DNA from: an uncultured Chloroflexia bacterium
Lineage (GTDB): Bacteria > Chloroflexota > Anaerolineae > Anaerolineales > Villigracilaceae
Length of the DNA stretch: 40,000 nt
Reading direction: 5' to 3'
Assembly (NCBI GenBank): GCA_963783295.1
Contig: CAWAMX010000018.1
Coordinates: 95,675-135,674, forward strand
Below, in pieces: positions 33,291-40,000 of this stretch. Position 1 is the stretch's first letter; each line of letters starts with the position of its first letter. The translations under genes and the position numbers were made by a program. A model generated the notes under the pieces. That model ran no database searches. It was not told where the DNA came from and was given only the letters and a program-made list of their open reading frames with translations.

Positions 33291-34526
33291 TCAGTTAAAC
33301 CTTCTGACTGCTAACACCGCGTTGTGACCACCGAAGCCAAACGCGTTGCTGATCGCCAGATCAATCTTCTTCTCACGTGCTTTGTTCGGGATGACATCCA
33401 GATCGCATTCGGGATCGGGAGTCTGATAATGGATTGTTGGGGGGAGAATCCCATCACAAATAGTTTGCACACAAATGATGGCTTCCAATGCACCGGTTGC
33501 ACCCATCATGTGTCCGGTCATGGACTTTGTAGATGAAATCGGAATCTGATAAGCCAGTTCGCCAAACGCACCTTTGACCGCGCGCGTTTCGGACTGGTCG
33601 TTCAATTGCGTTCCGGTTCCATGCGCGCTGATATAACCGACATCTTCCACATTGGCTTGCGCCGAGGCCAATGCTTGACGAATTGCAGATGTACCACCTT
33701 CGCCTTTCTCGTGCGGCGCGGTGACATGGAATGCGTCCGCCGTGGCGCCATAACCTGCTAATTCTGCATAGATTCTCGCTCCGCGCGCCTTCGCATGAGA
33801 TTCTCTCTCCAACACAATCACCGCCGCGCCTTCGCCCATCACGAGGCCATCTCGATTCTTGTCGAACGGCGCGGGCGTCATCGAATAATCATCGTTATGA
33901 CGCGACATCGCACCGACGCGGTCAAAGGCCGCCACACCGACCGAAGTCACAGTGGATTCGGACGCGCCAGCCAGCGCCACATCAATCATTCCTGATCTGA
34001 GCATCATGAAAGCCATTCCAATTCCATCGGCGCCGGAAGCGCAAGCGGAAGCGACCGAAAAACATGGCCCCTTGATTCCATGATCAATTGCGATCAACCC
34101 CGCCGCGCCGTTGGCCATCAACATCGGAATCAAAAACGGACTCACACGCCGTGGACCTTCTTTGTCATTGGTCAGCACTGCATCCGCGATGGACTTCAAT
34201 CCACCGATTGCGGATGAGACTACGATTCCAATGTGCGGCGCGTTTGATTCCGTCACAGTCAAGCCCGCATCGGCGATGGCTTGATCGGCTGCCACGCTTG
34301 CAAACTGTTCAAAGCGATCGCGGCGGCGAGCTTCCTTGCCATCCATATATTTTTCCGGCTCAAAATTCTTGACTTCGCAGGCAATGTGCACCATCAAATT
34401 GGAATGATCAAATTGGTTGATCGGTCCCACACCGGAAACACCCTCCGTTAAATTCTTCCACGTTTCGGCTACGGTCATACCGAGCGGATTGATCGTACCC
34501 ATTCCAGTGACCACAATTCGTTCCAT
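33291..34526 (-). CDS. fabF: beta-ketoacyl-ACP synthase II
   Basis: 411-aa ORF. Active-site Cys context SVASACASG, His motifs VTAPHEKG and ISAHGTGT, C-terminal NAFGFGGHN. Confidence 0.95.
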   Translation of the reverse strand: MERIVVTGMGTINPLGMTVAETWKNLTEGVSGVGPINQFDHSNLMVHIACEVKNFEPEKYMDGKEARRRDRFEQFASVAADQAIADAGLTVTESNAPHIGIVVSSAIGGLKSIADAVLTNDKEGPRRVSPFLIPMLMANGAAGLIAIDHGIKGPCFSVASACASGADGIGMAFMMLRSGMIDVALAGASESTVTSVGVAAFDRVGAMSRHNDDYSMTPAPFDKNRDGLVMGEGAAVIVLERESHAKARGARIYAELAGYGATADAFHVTAPHEKGEGGTSAIRQALASAQANVEDVGYISAHGTGTQLNDQSETRAVKGAFGELAYQIPISSTKSMTGHMMGATGALEAIICVQTICDGILPPTIHYQTPDPECDLDVIPNKAREKKIDLAISNAFGFGGHNAVLAVRRFN

Positions 34527-34538
34527 TAATTCACTCCT

Positions 34539-35576
34539 CTACGAAAGATATTTCAAACCCGAACCGGTCAATACAACGACAACAGGATCAGGTAAATTGG
34601 AAATTGATTCATCCAACGCATGCCATACCAATGCCGACGTTGGTTCTACATAAAACCCCAAACGTGCCAATGCGTCACGCCCTGATAAGATAAAGGCTTC
34701 GTCCACCGACGCAAAGCAGCCAGCGCTTTGACGCGTGATCTCCACGACAGCTTCTGCCCGCACCGGCCAGCGCGTGCGGACTCCTTCTGCTATCGTAGAA
34801 GACTCTACCACATCACTCATTGTCCCAGATTTCCACAACGCATACAATGGTGCACACGCGCTGGCTTGCACTCCGATCATCCTTGGCATCTTTTGAATTT
34901 TCTCAGCCCGCAACAATGCTTCAAAGCCGCGTGCGATGCCAAGCAAAAATCCGCCCTGCCCCGCAGGGACAATTACCGCGCCGGGTTCGCGTCCGAGCTT
35001 TTCATAAATTTCATAAGCACAGGTTGCATAACCGGGAAGATTGAAAGGCAAGTAAGCGTGACTCGCATAGACTATTCCTGATTGAGCGGCTTGAATCACA
35101 GCCTCCGAAGCATTGGAGCGCGGACCCGGAACGGGGATCAATTCCGCACCATATGCTTCGATCTGTTTTCGTTTTGGACCGGAAGCCGAGTCCGGCACAT
35201 AGACGCGAGCCTTGATCCCTGCACGTGCCGCATAAGCCGCAAACGACGCGCCCGCATTGCCTGACGAATCTTCAATCGCTACTTTGACATTTCGTGAATG
35301 AAGAAAAGAAACAAGAGTCGCTGTGCCGCGATCCTTGAATGATCCAGTCGGATTCAAATATTCATACTTGAAATGAACTTCGCGTCCAAAAACCTTAGCA
35401 GACAATAATGGAGTGTTCCCTTCGCCCAACGAAACAGAATCCTTTTGTAACATCGAGCGAAGCGGGTTGTATGTCAATGGTTCGACATAATCATACAGTC
35501 CGCCGCAGTTGGGACATTTATATGGCAGAGCGGAATCAGGATATGGCTCTCCGCAATTGACACAAGCGATTTTCAT
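34539..35576 (-). CDS. threonine synthase-like PLP-dependent enzyme (fold type II) with N-terminal zinc ribbon
   Basis: 345-aa ORF. CVNCGEPY...CPNCGG zinc ribbon and PLP-lysine motif NPTGSFKDRG. Its ATG overlaps the moaE stop (TAATG at 35574-35578). Exact reaction not assignable from sequence. Confidence 0.7.
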   Translation of the reverse strand: MKIACVNCGEPYPDSALPYKCPNCGGLYDYVEPLTYNPLRSMLQKDSVSLGEGNTPLLSAKVFGREVHFKYEYLNPTGSFKDRGTATLVSFLHSRNVKVAIEDSSGNAGASFAAYAARAGIKARVYVPDSASGPKRKQIEAYGAELIPVPGPRSNASEAVIQAAQSGIVYASHAYLPFNLPGYATCAYEIYEKLGREPGAVIVPAGQGGFLLGIARGFEALLRAEKIQKMPRMIGVQASACAPLYALWKSGTMSDVVESSTIAEGVRTRWPVRAEAVVEITRQSAGCFASVDEAFILSGRDALARLGFYVEPTSALVWHALDESISNLPDPVVVVLTGSGLKYLS

Positions 35577-36055
35577 TACTCACCCGCTTTGGGAATGTAT
35601 TCGCCTTCCACCCAAAACCCACCGTTCGGGCCGACTTCCTTTTTCCAGATGGGAACAATTTCCTTAAGGCGATCAATACCATAACGCGCCGCATCAAAGG
35701 CGCCAGTATCGCGATGCGCAGCAGTACAAGCGATCAGCACCGTCGGCGTTTGCGGATAAAGTTTACCGACGCGTTGAACAATGGCAATTCCTTCAACGCT
35801 TGGCCATTTGAAGCGAATCTCTTCGGCGACTTGTTTCATCTTAGTTTCAGCCATTGGCACGTATGCTTCATATTCAAGGTAAGCCGTCTCATGTGGATCA
35901 TCGCGGGCCGTTACGCCGCGCACCATACCAGTGAATATTGCGGCCGCACCGGTTGATGGCGAGGTAACCTTTGCGAGCAGATCATTGAGATCGATTTCTT
36001 CTTCGGTGATCTTAAATATTGTTGGAAAGTTTGAATTTTCCATGTTCAATCTCAC
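35576..36055 (-). CDS. moaE: molybdopterin synthase catalytic subunit MoaE
   Basis: 159-aa ORF with AAAIFTGMVRG, LEYEAY, and IWKKE near the C-terminus. GTG 36055 overlaps the moaD stop (GTGA); an ATG at 36043 is an alternative start. Confidence 0.85.
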   Translation of the reverse strand: MRLNMENSNFPTIFKITEEEIDLNDLLAKVTSPSTGAAAIFTGMVRGVTARDDPHETAYLEYEAYVPMAETKMKQVAEEIRFKWPSVEGIAIVQRVGKLYPQTPTVLIACTAAHRDTGAFDAARYGIDRLKEIVPIWKKEVGPNGGFWVEGEYIPKAGE

Positions 36056-36300
36056 CCACCGCTCACAGGCGGAAACAATGCTACTTCCGCGTTCTGGGGA
36101 ATGGCCGCTTCATCAAAAGAGTACTCTTTATTGACCGAAACCAATACTGTCTTCATTGATTCTTTAAGGTTGGGATAATTGCTTGCAAGCTTTTCTTTCA
36201 AGGCTCGCACGGTCATTTCAGCAGGAATTTCGAGCTCAACAAACTTTGTCCCAACGCGGTCGCGAAGCGTAGCAAAGAACAAGACTTTGATTTTATTCAT
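36052..36300 (-). CDS. moaD: molybdopterin synthase sulfur carrier subunit MoaD
   Basis: 82-aa ORF; [17 protein letters not shown]... ending FPPVSGG. Overlaps the moaC 3' end by 8 nt. Confidence 0.85.
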   Translation of the reverse strand: MNKIKVLFFATLRDRVGTKFVELEIPAEMTVRALKEKLASNYPNLKESMKTVLVSVNKEYSFDEAAIPQNAEVALFPPVSGG

Positions 36301-36772
36301 TCACCACATCACCTGAACGGCCGCCATGCTTTTCAACAAGTCGGATGTTTTGAATATGCATCGTTTTCTCGGCGGCCTTCGCCATATCATATACCGTCAG
36401 TGCCGCGACGGAGACCGCGGTCAATGCTTCCATCTCGACGCCAGTTTTGCCGGTCACTTTTGCAGTTGCAATGATCAACACACCGGGCAAAGAATCATCG
36501 AGTGCAAGGTCGACATCTACTTGGGTAAGCGGTAAAGGATGACATAACGGAATCAAGTCTGAGGTCCGTTTTGCAGCGGTGATGCCCGCGATCTGCGCAA
36601 CCGCTAACACATCACCCTTTTTGATCTGCCCCGCGCGAATCAGTTCGAGCGTCTCTTTTTTCATTTTCACTTCACCCTTGGCAATCGCAATGCGCGCCGT
36701 ATCCGGCTTGGCACTGACATCCACCATTTGTACGTGGCCTGTTTCATCAAGATGAGTAAGTTTGTTTGCCAT
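36293..36772 (-). CDS. moaC: cyclic pyranopterin monophosphate synthase MoaC
   Basis: 159-aa ORF with blocks [64 protein letters not shown]. Confidence 0.93.
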   Translation of the reverse strand: MANKLTHLDETGHVQMVDVSAKPDTARIAIAKGEVKMKKETLELIRAGQIKKGDVLAVAQIAGITAAKRTSDLIPLCHPLPLTQVDVDLALDDSLPGVLIIATAKVTGKTGVEMEALTAVSVAALTVYDMAKAAEKTMHIQNIRLVEKHGGRSGDVVNE

Positions 36773-36804
36773 GGATAAATTATAACCGAGAGGCTTATCC
36801 TGAA

Positions 36805-36813
36805 TGATATAAT
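36805..36813 (+). promoter_or_regulatory. extended -10 promoter element for scpA (near-leaderless transcript)
   Basis: TGaTATAAT at 36805-36813. Only 9 nt (CCAGCCAAC, no SD) lie before the ATG at 36823. Confidence 0.45.
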
Positions 36814-36822
36814 CCAGCCAAC

Positions 36823-37593
36823 ATGGATAACTTGTTAGGGCGCCAGACGAACTATACGGTCCATACGCCGGTGTACGAAGGTCCGCTCGATCTATTGCTC
36901 GATCTCATCGAACGCGCCGAGCTGGACGTTACCACCGTTTCGCTGGCAATGGTCACAGACCAATACCTTGTGTACATTCACAGTCTGGAGCAAGCACGCG
37001 CCGACGAAATTTCAGCATTCCTTGTAATTGCCGCAAAATTATTGCAGATCAAGTCGGAAGCATTATTGCCGCGTCCGCCAGTACACGAACCGGGCGAAGA
37101 AAATATCGGCGAGGATTTGGTTAGACAGTTGAAACTTTACAAACGTTTCAAGGAAATCGGCGGATGGTTAATGGAAAGACAAGAGCAAGGTCTGAGAACT
37201 TACCTGCGCATCGCTCCGCTACCGAAAGTGGAACCCAAACTCGATCTTTCGGAACTCACTTTGAGCGCCTTGGTCGCCGCGGCCAAATCAGCTTTCGCGA
37301 AAGGGAAAGAGAAAGAGCCGCTTGCATCGGTGATTGCCGCGCCGAAGATCACCATCCGCGAAAAAATCGATCTCATATCCAAAACATTGAGGGAGATACA
37401 ACACACATCGTTTCGCGGCTTGCTAGGAGATACTCCAACGCGTCTCGAAATCGTGGTCACGTTTTTGGCATTGCTCGAACTGGTCAAGCGTTACCGCGTC
37501 GAAGCACGGCAGGAGGGCCTGTTTAGCGACATCGAGATCGATCGTCTCGAGGGCTGGCAGGACGATGAAGAAATCGAACTAGAATTCGAATAG
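36823..37593 (+). CDS. scpA: segregation and condensation protein A
   Basis: 256-aa ORF. N-terminal [32 protein letters not shown] and C-terminal winged-helix region. Confidence 0.9.
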   Translation: MDNLLGRQTNYTVHTPVYEGPLDLLLDLIERAELDVTTVSLAMVTDQYLVYIHSLEQARADEISAFLVIAAKLLQIKSEALLPRPPVHEPGEENIGEDLVRQLKLYKRFKEIGGWLMERQEQGLRTYLRIAPLPKVEPKLDLSELTLSALVAAAKSAFAKGKEKEPLASVIAAPKITIREKIDLISKTLREIQHTSFRGLLGDTPTRLEIVVTFLALLELVKRYRVEARQEGLFSDIEIDRLEGWQDDEEIELEFE

Positions 37594-37608
37594 AGTAAGC
37601 GTCGCAGT

Positions 37609-39063
37609 TTATAAAACTTTATCGCATGCCGAAAGCACAGATTCAAACCGCGCCAAAGCGTCATCAATCACCTCATCGGTGTCCGCCATCGATGTATACA
37701 TGCGCGATCCGGCCAGTGTGATCACTCCTTCCGCCATATACGCCGCGCCCATTTCTTCCATCATATGCTCGCGCGGGTGAACCTCCCTCAACAAACGAAA
37801 AACATTTTTGAAGTCAAGCAACATCGTGCCAGATGTTTCGAGATGGACAATCGAGCCTTGATTGTAGGCCACAAAAGGCAATGCATATTTTTCAATGATT
37901 TGATTCAAACCTTTTGTCAATCGGTCACCTGCTTTTCCTGCCAGTAAAGGTGCATTCATTCGTTCCATTTCAAGCAAAGAATAATAACCAGCCACACACG
38001 AAAGCGGATTGGCCGAGAGCGTTCCGCCAACGTATGCGCGTTCACCGGTTCCGCCAAGACCAGCCGCAAAGCTCAGAATCACTTCGCGTCGTCCGCCCAC
38101 ACCGCCCGCCATCGGATATCCGCCTGCGACACATTTGCCAAACACCGTCAGGTCGGGTTTGATACCAAAGAATCCCTGCGCCCCGCCCATGCCGAGTCGA
38201 AAACCCGTCACAACTTCATCGAAGATCAATAAAGCGCCGAATTCCTCGCATAATTCCTTGACCTTTTGATTGAAATCAAACGGAACGGGCCGCGTGCCGC
38301 TTTCAGGTCCGACCGGTTCGACAATGACCGCTGCCGTCCCGCCGCGTAGACGATTGAAGATCAAATGTCGTTTCAGCGCGCCCAAGCTATTCGGATAAAA
38401 CTCTTGCGTGGCGCTACTAGCTCCACGCGGAATACCTTTTGCTTCCATCCGACCTGTGCCGGGGACGTGCAACCCATACACCATCTGATCGCTCCAGCCG
38501 TGATAGGCTCCACCAACCTTAATGACATATTTCTTTTTCGTAAATGTCCGCGCCGCGCGAACCGCCGCCATAACGCTTTCTGTTCCCGAACCTAACATAC
38601 GAAACATTTCAATCGACGGCATAAAGCGCTGGATCAATTGCGCCAGCCTGAGTTCATATTCATGAAACAATCCAGTGATCGGTCCGCACGACCTTAGCAT
38701 CTCAAAAACTTTTTCGCGGACAGGCGCATAATTGCTTCCCAACATGGTTGGGCCGCCCGCCTGCAGGAAATCAATATAGCGGTTTCCATCCACATCCCAC
38801 AAATAGGGGCCGTCCGCCTTATTAACAGCAATCGGAAATGGATAGTTAAATGCCAGGTTGTGTTGAACCCCGCCCGGAATGATTTCGCACGCCGCATCAT
38901 TCAACTCTTTTGACCGTTTGCATTTCGTCTCGAAGTAATCGAGATAGGCCTGCATCTTTTCGCGCTTCACTGGTCGAATCGGCTGGCTGATCAATGCATT
39001 CAAACGCGCATACACTTCTTCCACGTTCAAGTATTCAGATATAGCATATTGTTGTTCGTTCAT
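37609..39063 (-). CDS. class III (GSA-aminomutase-like) PLP-dependent aminotransferase with ~60-aa N-terminal extension
   Basis: 484-aa ORF with LGSGTESVMAAVRAAR, IFDEVVTGFR, and Schiff-base Lys context TVFGKCVAGGYP. Confidence 0.8.
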   Translation of the reverse strand: MNEQQYAISEYLNVEEVYARLNALISQPIRPVKREKMQAYLDYFETKCKRSKELNDAACEIIPGGVQHNLAFNYPFPIAVNKADGPYLWDVDGNRYIDFLQAGGPTMLGSNYAPVREKVFEMLRSCGPITGLFHEYELRLAQLIQRFMPSIEMFRMLGSGTESVMAAVRAARTFTKKKYVIKVGGAYHGWSDQMVYGLHVPGTGRMEAKGIPRGASSATQEFYPNSLGALKRHLIFNRLRGGTAAVIVEPVGPESGTRPVPFDFNQKVKELCEEFGALLIFDEVVTGFRLGMGGAQGFFGIKPDLTVFGKCVAGGYPMAGGVGGRREVILSFAAGLGGTGERAYVGGTLSANPLSCVAGYYSLLEMERMNAPLLAGKAGDRLTKGLNQIIEKYALPFVAYNQGSIVHLETSGTMLLDFKNVFRLLREVHPREHMMEEMGAAYMAEGVITLAGSRMYTSMADTDEVIDDALARFESVLSACDKVL

Positions 39064-39102
39064 GTCTCTTCTCTTCGAAATGATATAGAAAGTTCCGACG
39101 AA

Positions 39103-39789
39103 TTACTCTCCGCCTGTTTCAAAATTACCGGCTTCGACTTTCTTCTGGTCAGCTCGTAATTTCGAGAAGGCAATCTCACGTATTGCCAGCGGAATCTTAC
39201 TGACAGGTTTTTCAGCACACAATGCTAGTAGATAAGCCAGCGAGCATTTCTCCAGGATCTCCACGTTATGTTCGGCACGCTCCGCGTCATGACCAAAACA
39301 TAATGCACCATGATTCTGCATAATAAAGGCGTTGTTATGATTCTTAACGTGTTTTGCAATCGTATTCTTTAGGAAGGAGGTTCCTGATGGAGCATACGGA
39401 ATAATCTCCACCGTGCGCCCAAGGAAGCGCGCTTGTTCATCAAACAATGCTGGAATGGACGCATGAATGAGTGCCAGCGCGCTGGCATAGACTTGATGGG
39501 TATGCACAACAGCATTGACGTCCGGACGCACTTGATAGATTGCACAATGCATGGCGCTTTCCACCGATGGCTTGAGTTGACCCTCCAATATATTGAGTTC
39601 AAAGTCCAGAATGCATACATCTTCCGGCCGCATTTTCATATAATCATAATTAGAAGGCGTAATGGCAAATGCCTTTTCCTGAAGGATGCGAATCGATACA
39701 TTTCCTCCTGTTGCAACAAGATACCCTTTTTGTGTCAACTTCTGCGCGGTATCCACAACCATTTTTTTTACGAAATCATACGATGACAT
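39103..39789 (-). CDS. class II aldolase/adducin N-terminal domain family protein
   Basis: 228-aa ORF with ATGGNVS, PSVESAMHCAIY and metal-ligand HTHQ motifs. Same operon as the aminotransferase (39-nt gap). Confidence 0.85.
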   Translation of the reverse strand: MSSYDFVKKMVVDTAQKLTQKGYLVATGGNVSIRILQEKAFAITPSNYDYMKMRPEDVCILDFELNILEGQLKPSVESAMHCAIYQVRPDVNAVVHTHQVYASALALIHASIPALFDEQARFLGRTVEIIPYAPSGTSFLKNTIAKHVKNHNNAFIMQNHGALCFGHDAERAEHNVEILEKCSLAYLLALCAEKPVSKIPLAIREIAFSKLRADQKKVEAGNFETGGE

Positions 39790-39850
39790 ATTGTCTCCTG
39801 AATATTAGGAAGAATTATAATTCAACACTGCATCGGCGCACCTCCACAAT

Positions 39851-39889
39851 AACAAAAGGAGAAAGAGGTTGTCTCTTTCTCCTTTTGTT
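39851..39889. terminator. strong hairpin/terminator between sodA and the aldolase operon
   Basis: AACAAAAGGAGAAAGAG-gttgt-CTCTTTCTCCTTTTGTT, a 17-bp perfect stem with a T-rich 3' arm on both strands. Confidence 0.7.
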
Positions 39890-39910
39890 AACACATCATT
39901 ATGATTTCAG

Positions 39911-40000
39911 TTACTTTGCCGCAAAGCGACTCGCCACTGCATCCCAGTTGACCACGTTCCACCAGGCGGTGACATAATCCGCCCGGCGATTTTGATATTT
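39911..40000 (-). CDS. sodA: Fe/Mn superoxide dismutase, C-terminal 29 codons (partial at window edge)
   Basis: The minus frame reads KYQNRRADYVTAWWNVVNWDAVASRFAAK*, the conserved Fe/Mn-SOD C-terminus. Stop is at 39911-39913. Confidence 0.85.
   Translation of the reverse strand, partial: KYQNRRADYVTAWWNVVNWDAVASRFAAK

Overview
40-kb bacterial chromosomal segment, about 50% GC. Lineage cannot be verified here; the gene set and near-leaderless promoters loosely suggest a Chloroflexota/Actinobacteria-like organism. Content is mostly housekeeping. Nt 1-7454 is a plus-strand cluster of small ligand-binding/detox-type genes: two RibD_C/DHFR-like, an alpha/beta hydrolase, a BNR-repeat protein coupled to a MoaD/ThiS-like protein, a 5'-3' exonuclease, MarR, two DUF1801, YdeI and VOC. 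Then come ffh, a tRNA-Phe/Gly/Cys cluster, tyrS, an ABC transporter, lgt, ftsK, an S1-domain protein, punA, ltaE, rluD-lspA, alr, fabF, a thrC-like gene coupled to moaC-moaD-moaE, scpA, an aminotransferase/aldolase pair and the 3' end of sodA. There are two mobile elements. One is a 1467-bp ISKra4-like IS with an 8-bp target duplication between ffh and the tRNA promoter. The other is a complete class-C-style group II intron (GTGCG 5' end, DV, DVI with bulged A, RT ORF) sitting in the U-tract of an intrinsic terminator. The most interesting signal is upstream of tyrS. In place of a T-box there is a compact leader-peptide attenuator: a 16-codon uORF with three consecutive Tyr codons, mutually exclusive 1:2 / 2:3 / 3:4 helices and a strong terminator. 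The second notable pattern is at least nine single-base frameshifts, nearly all an extra base in a homopolymer. They split otherwise intact genes (ltaE twice, rluD, a 7TM-GAF-HTH regulator, the ABC ATPase tail, VOC, a small HhH gene, probably the lgt tail). This points to assembly indel error or recent gene decay. No CRISPR array, rRNA or recognisable defence system was found.
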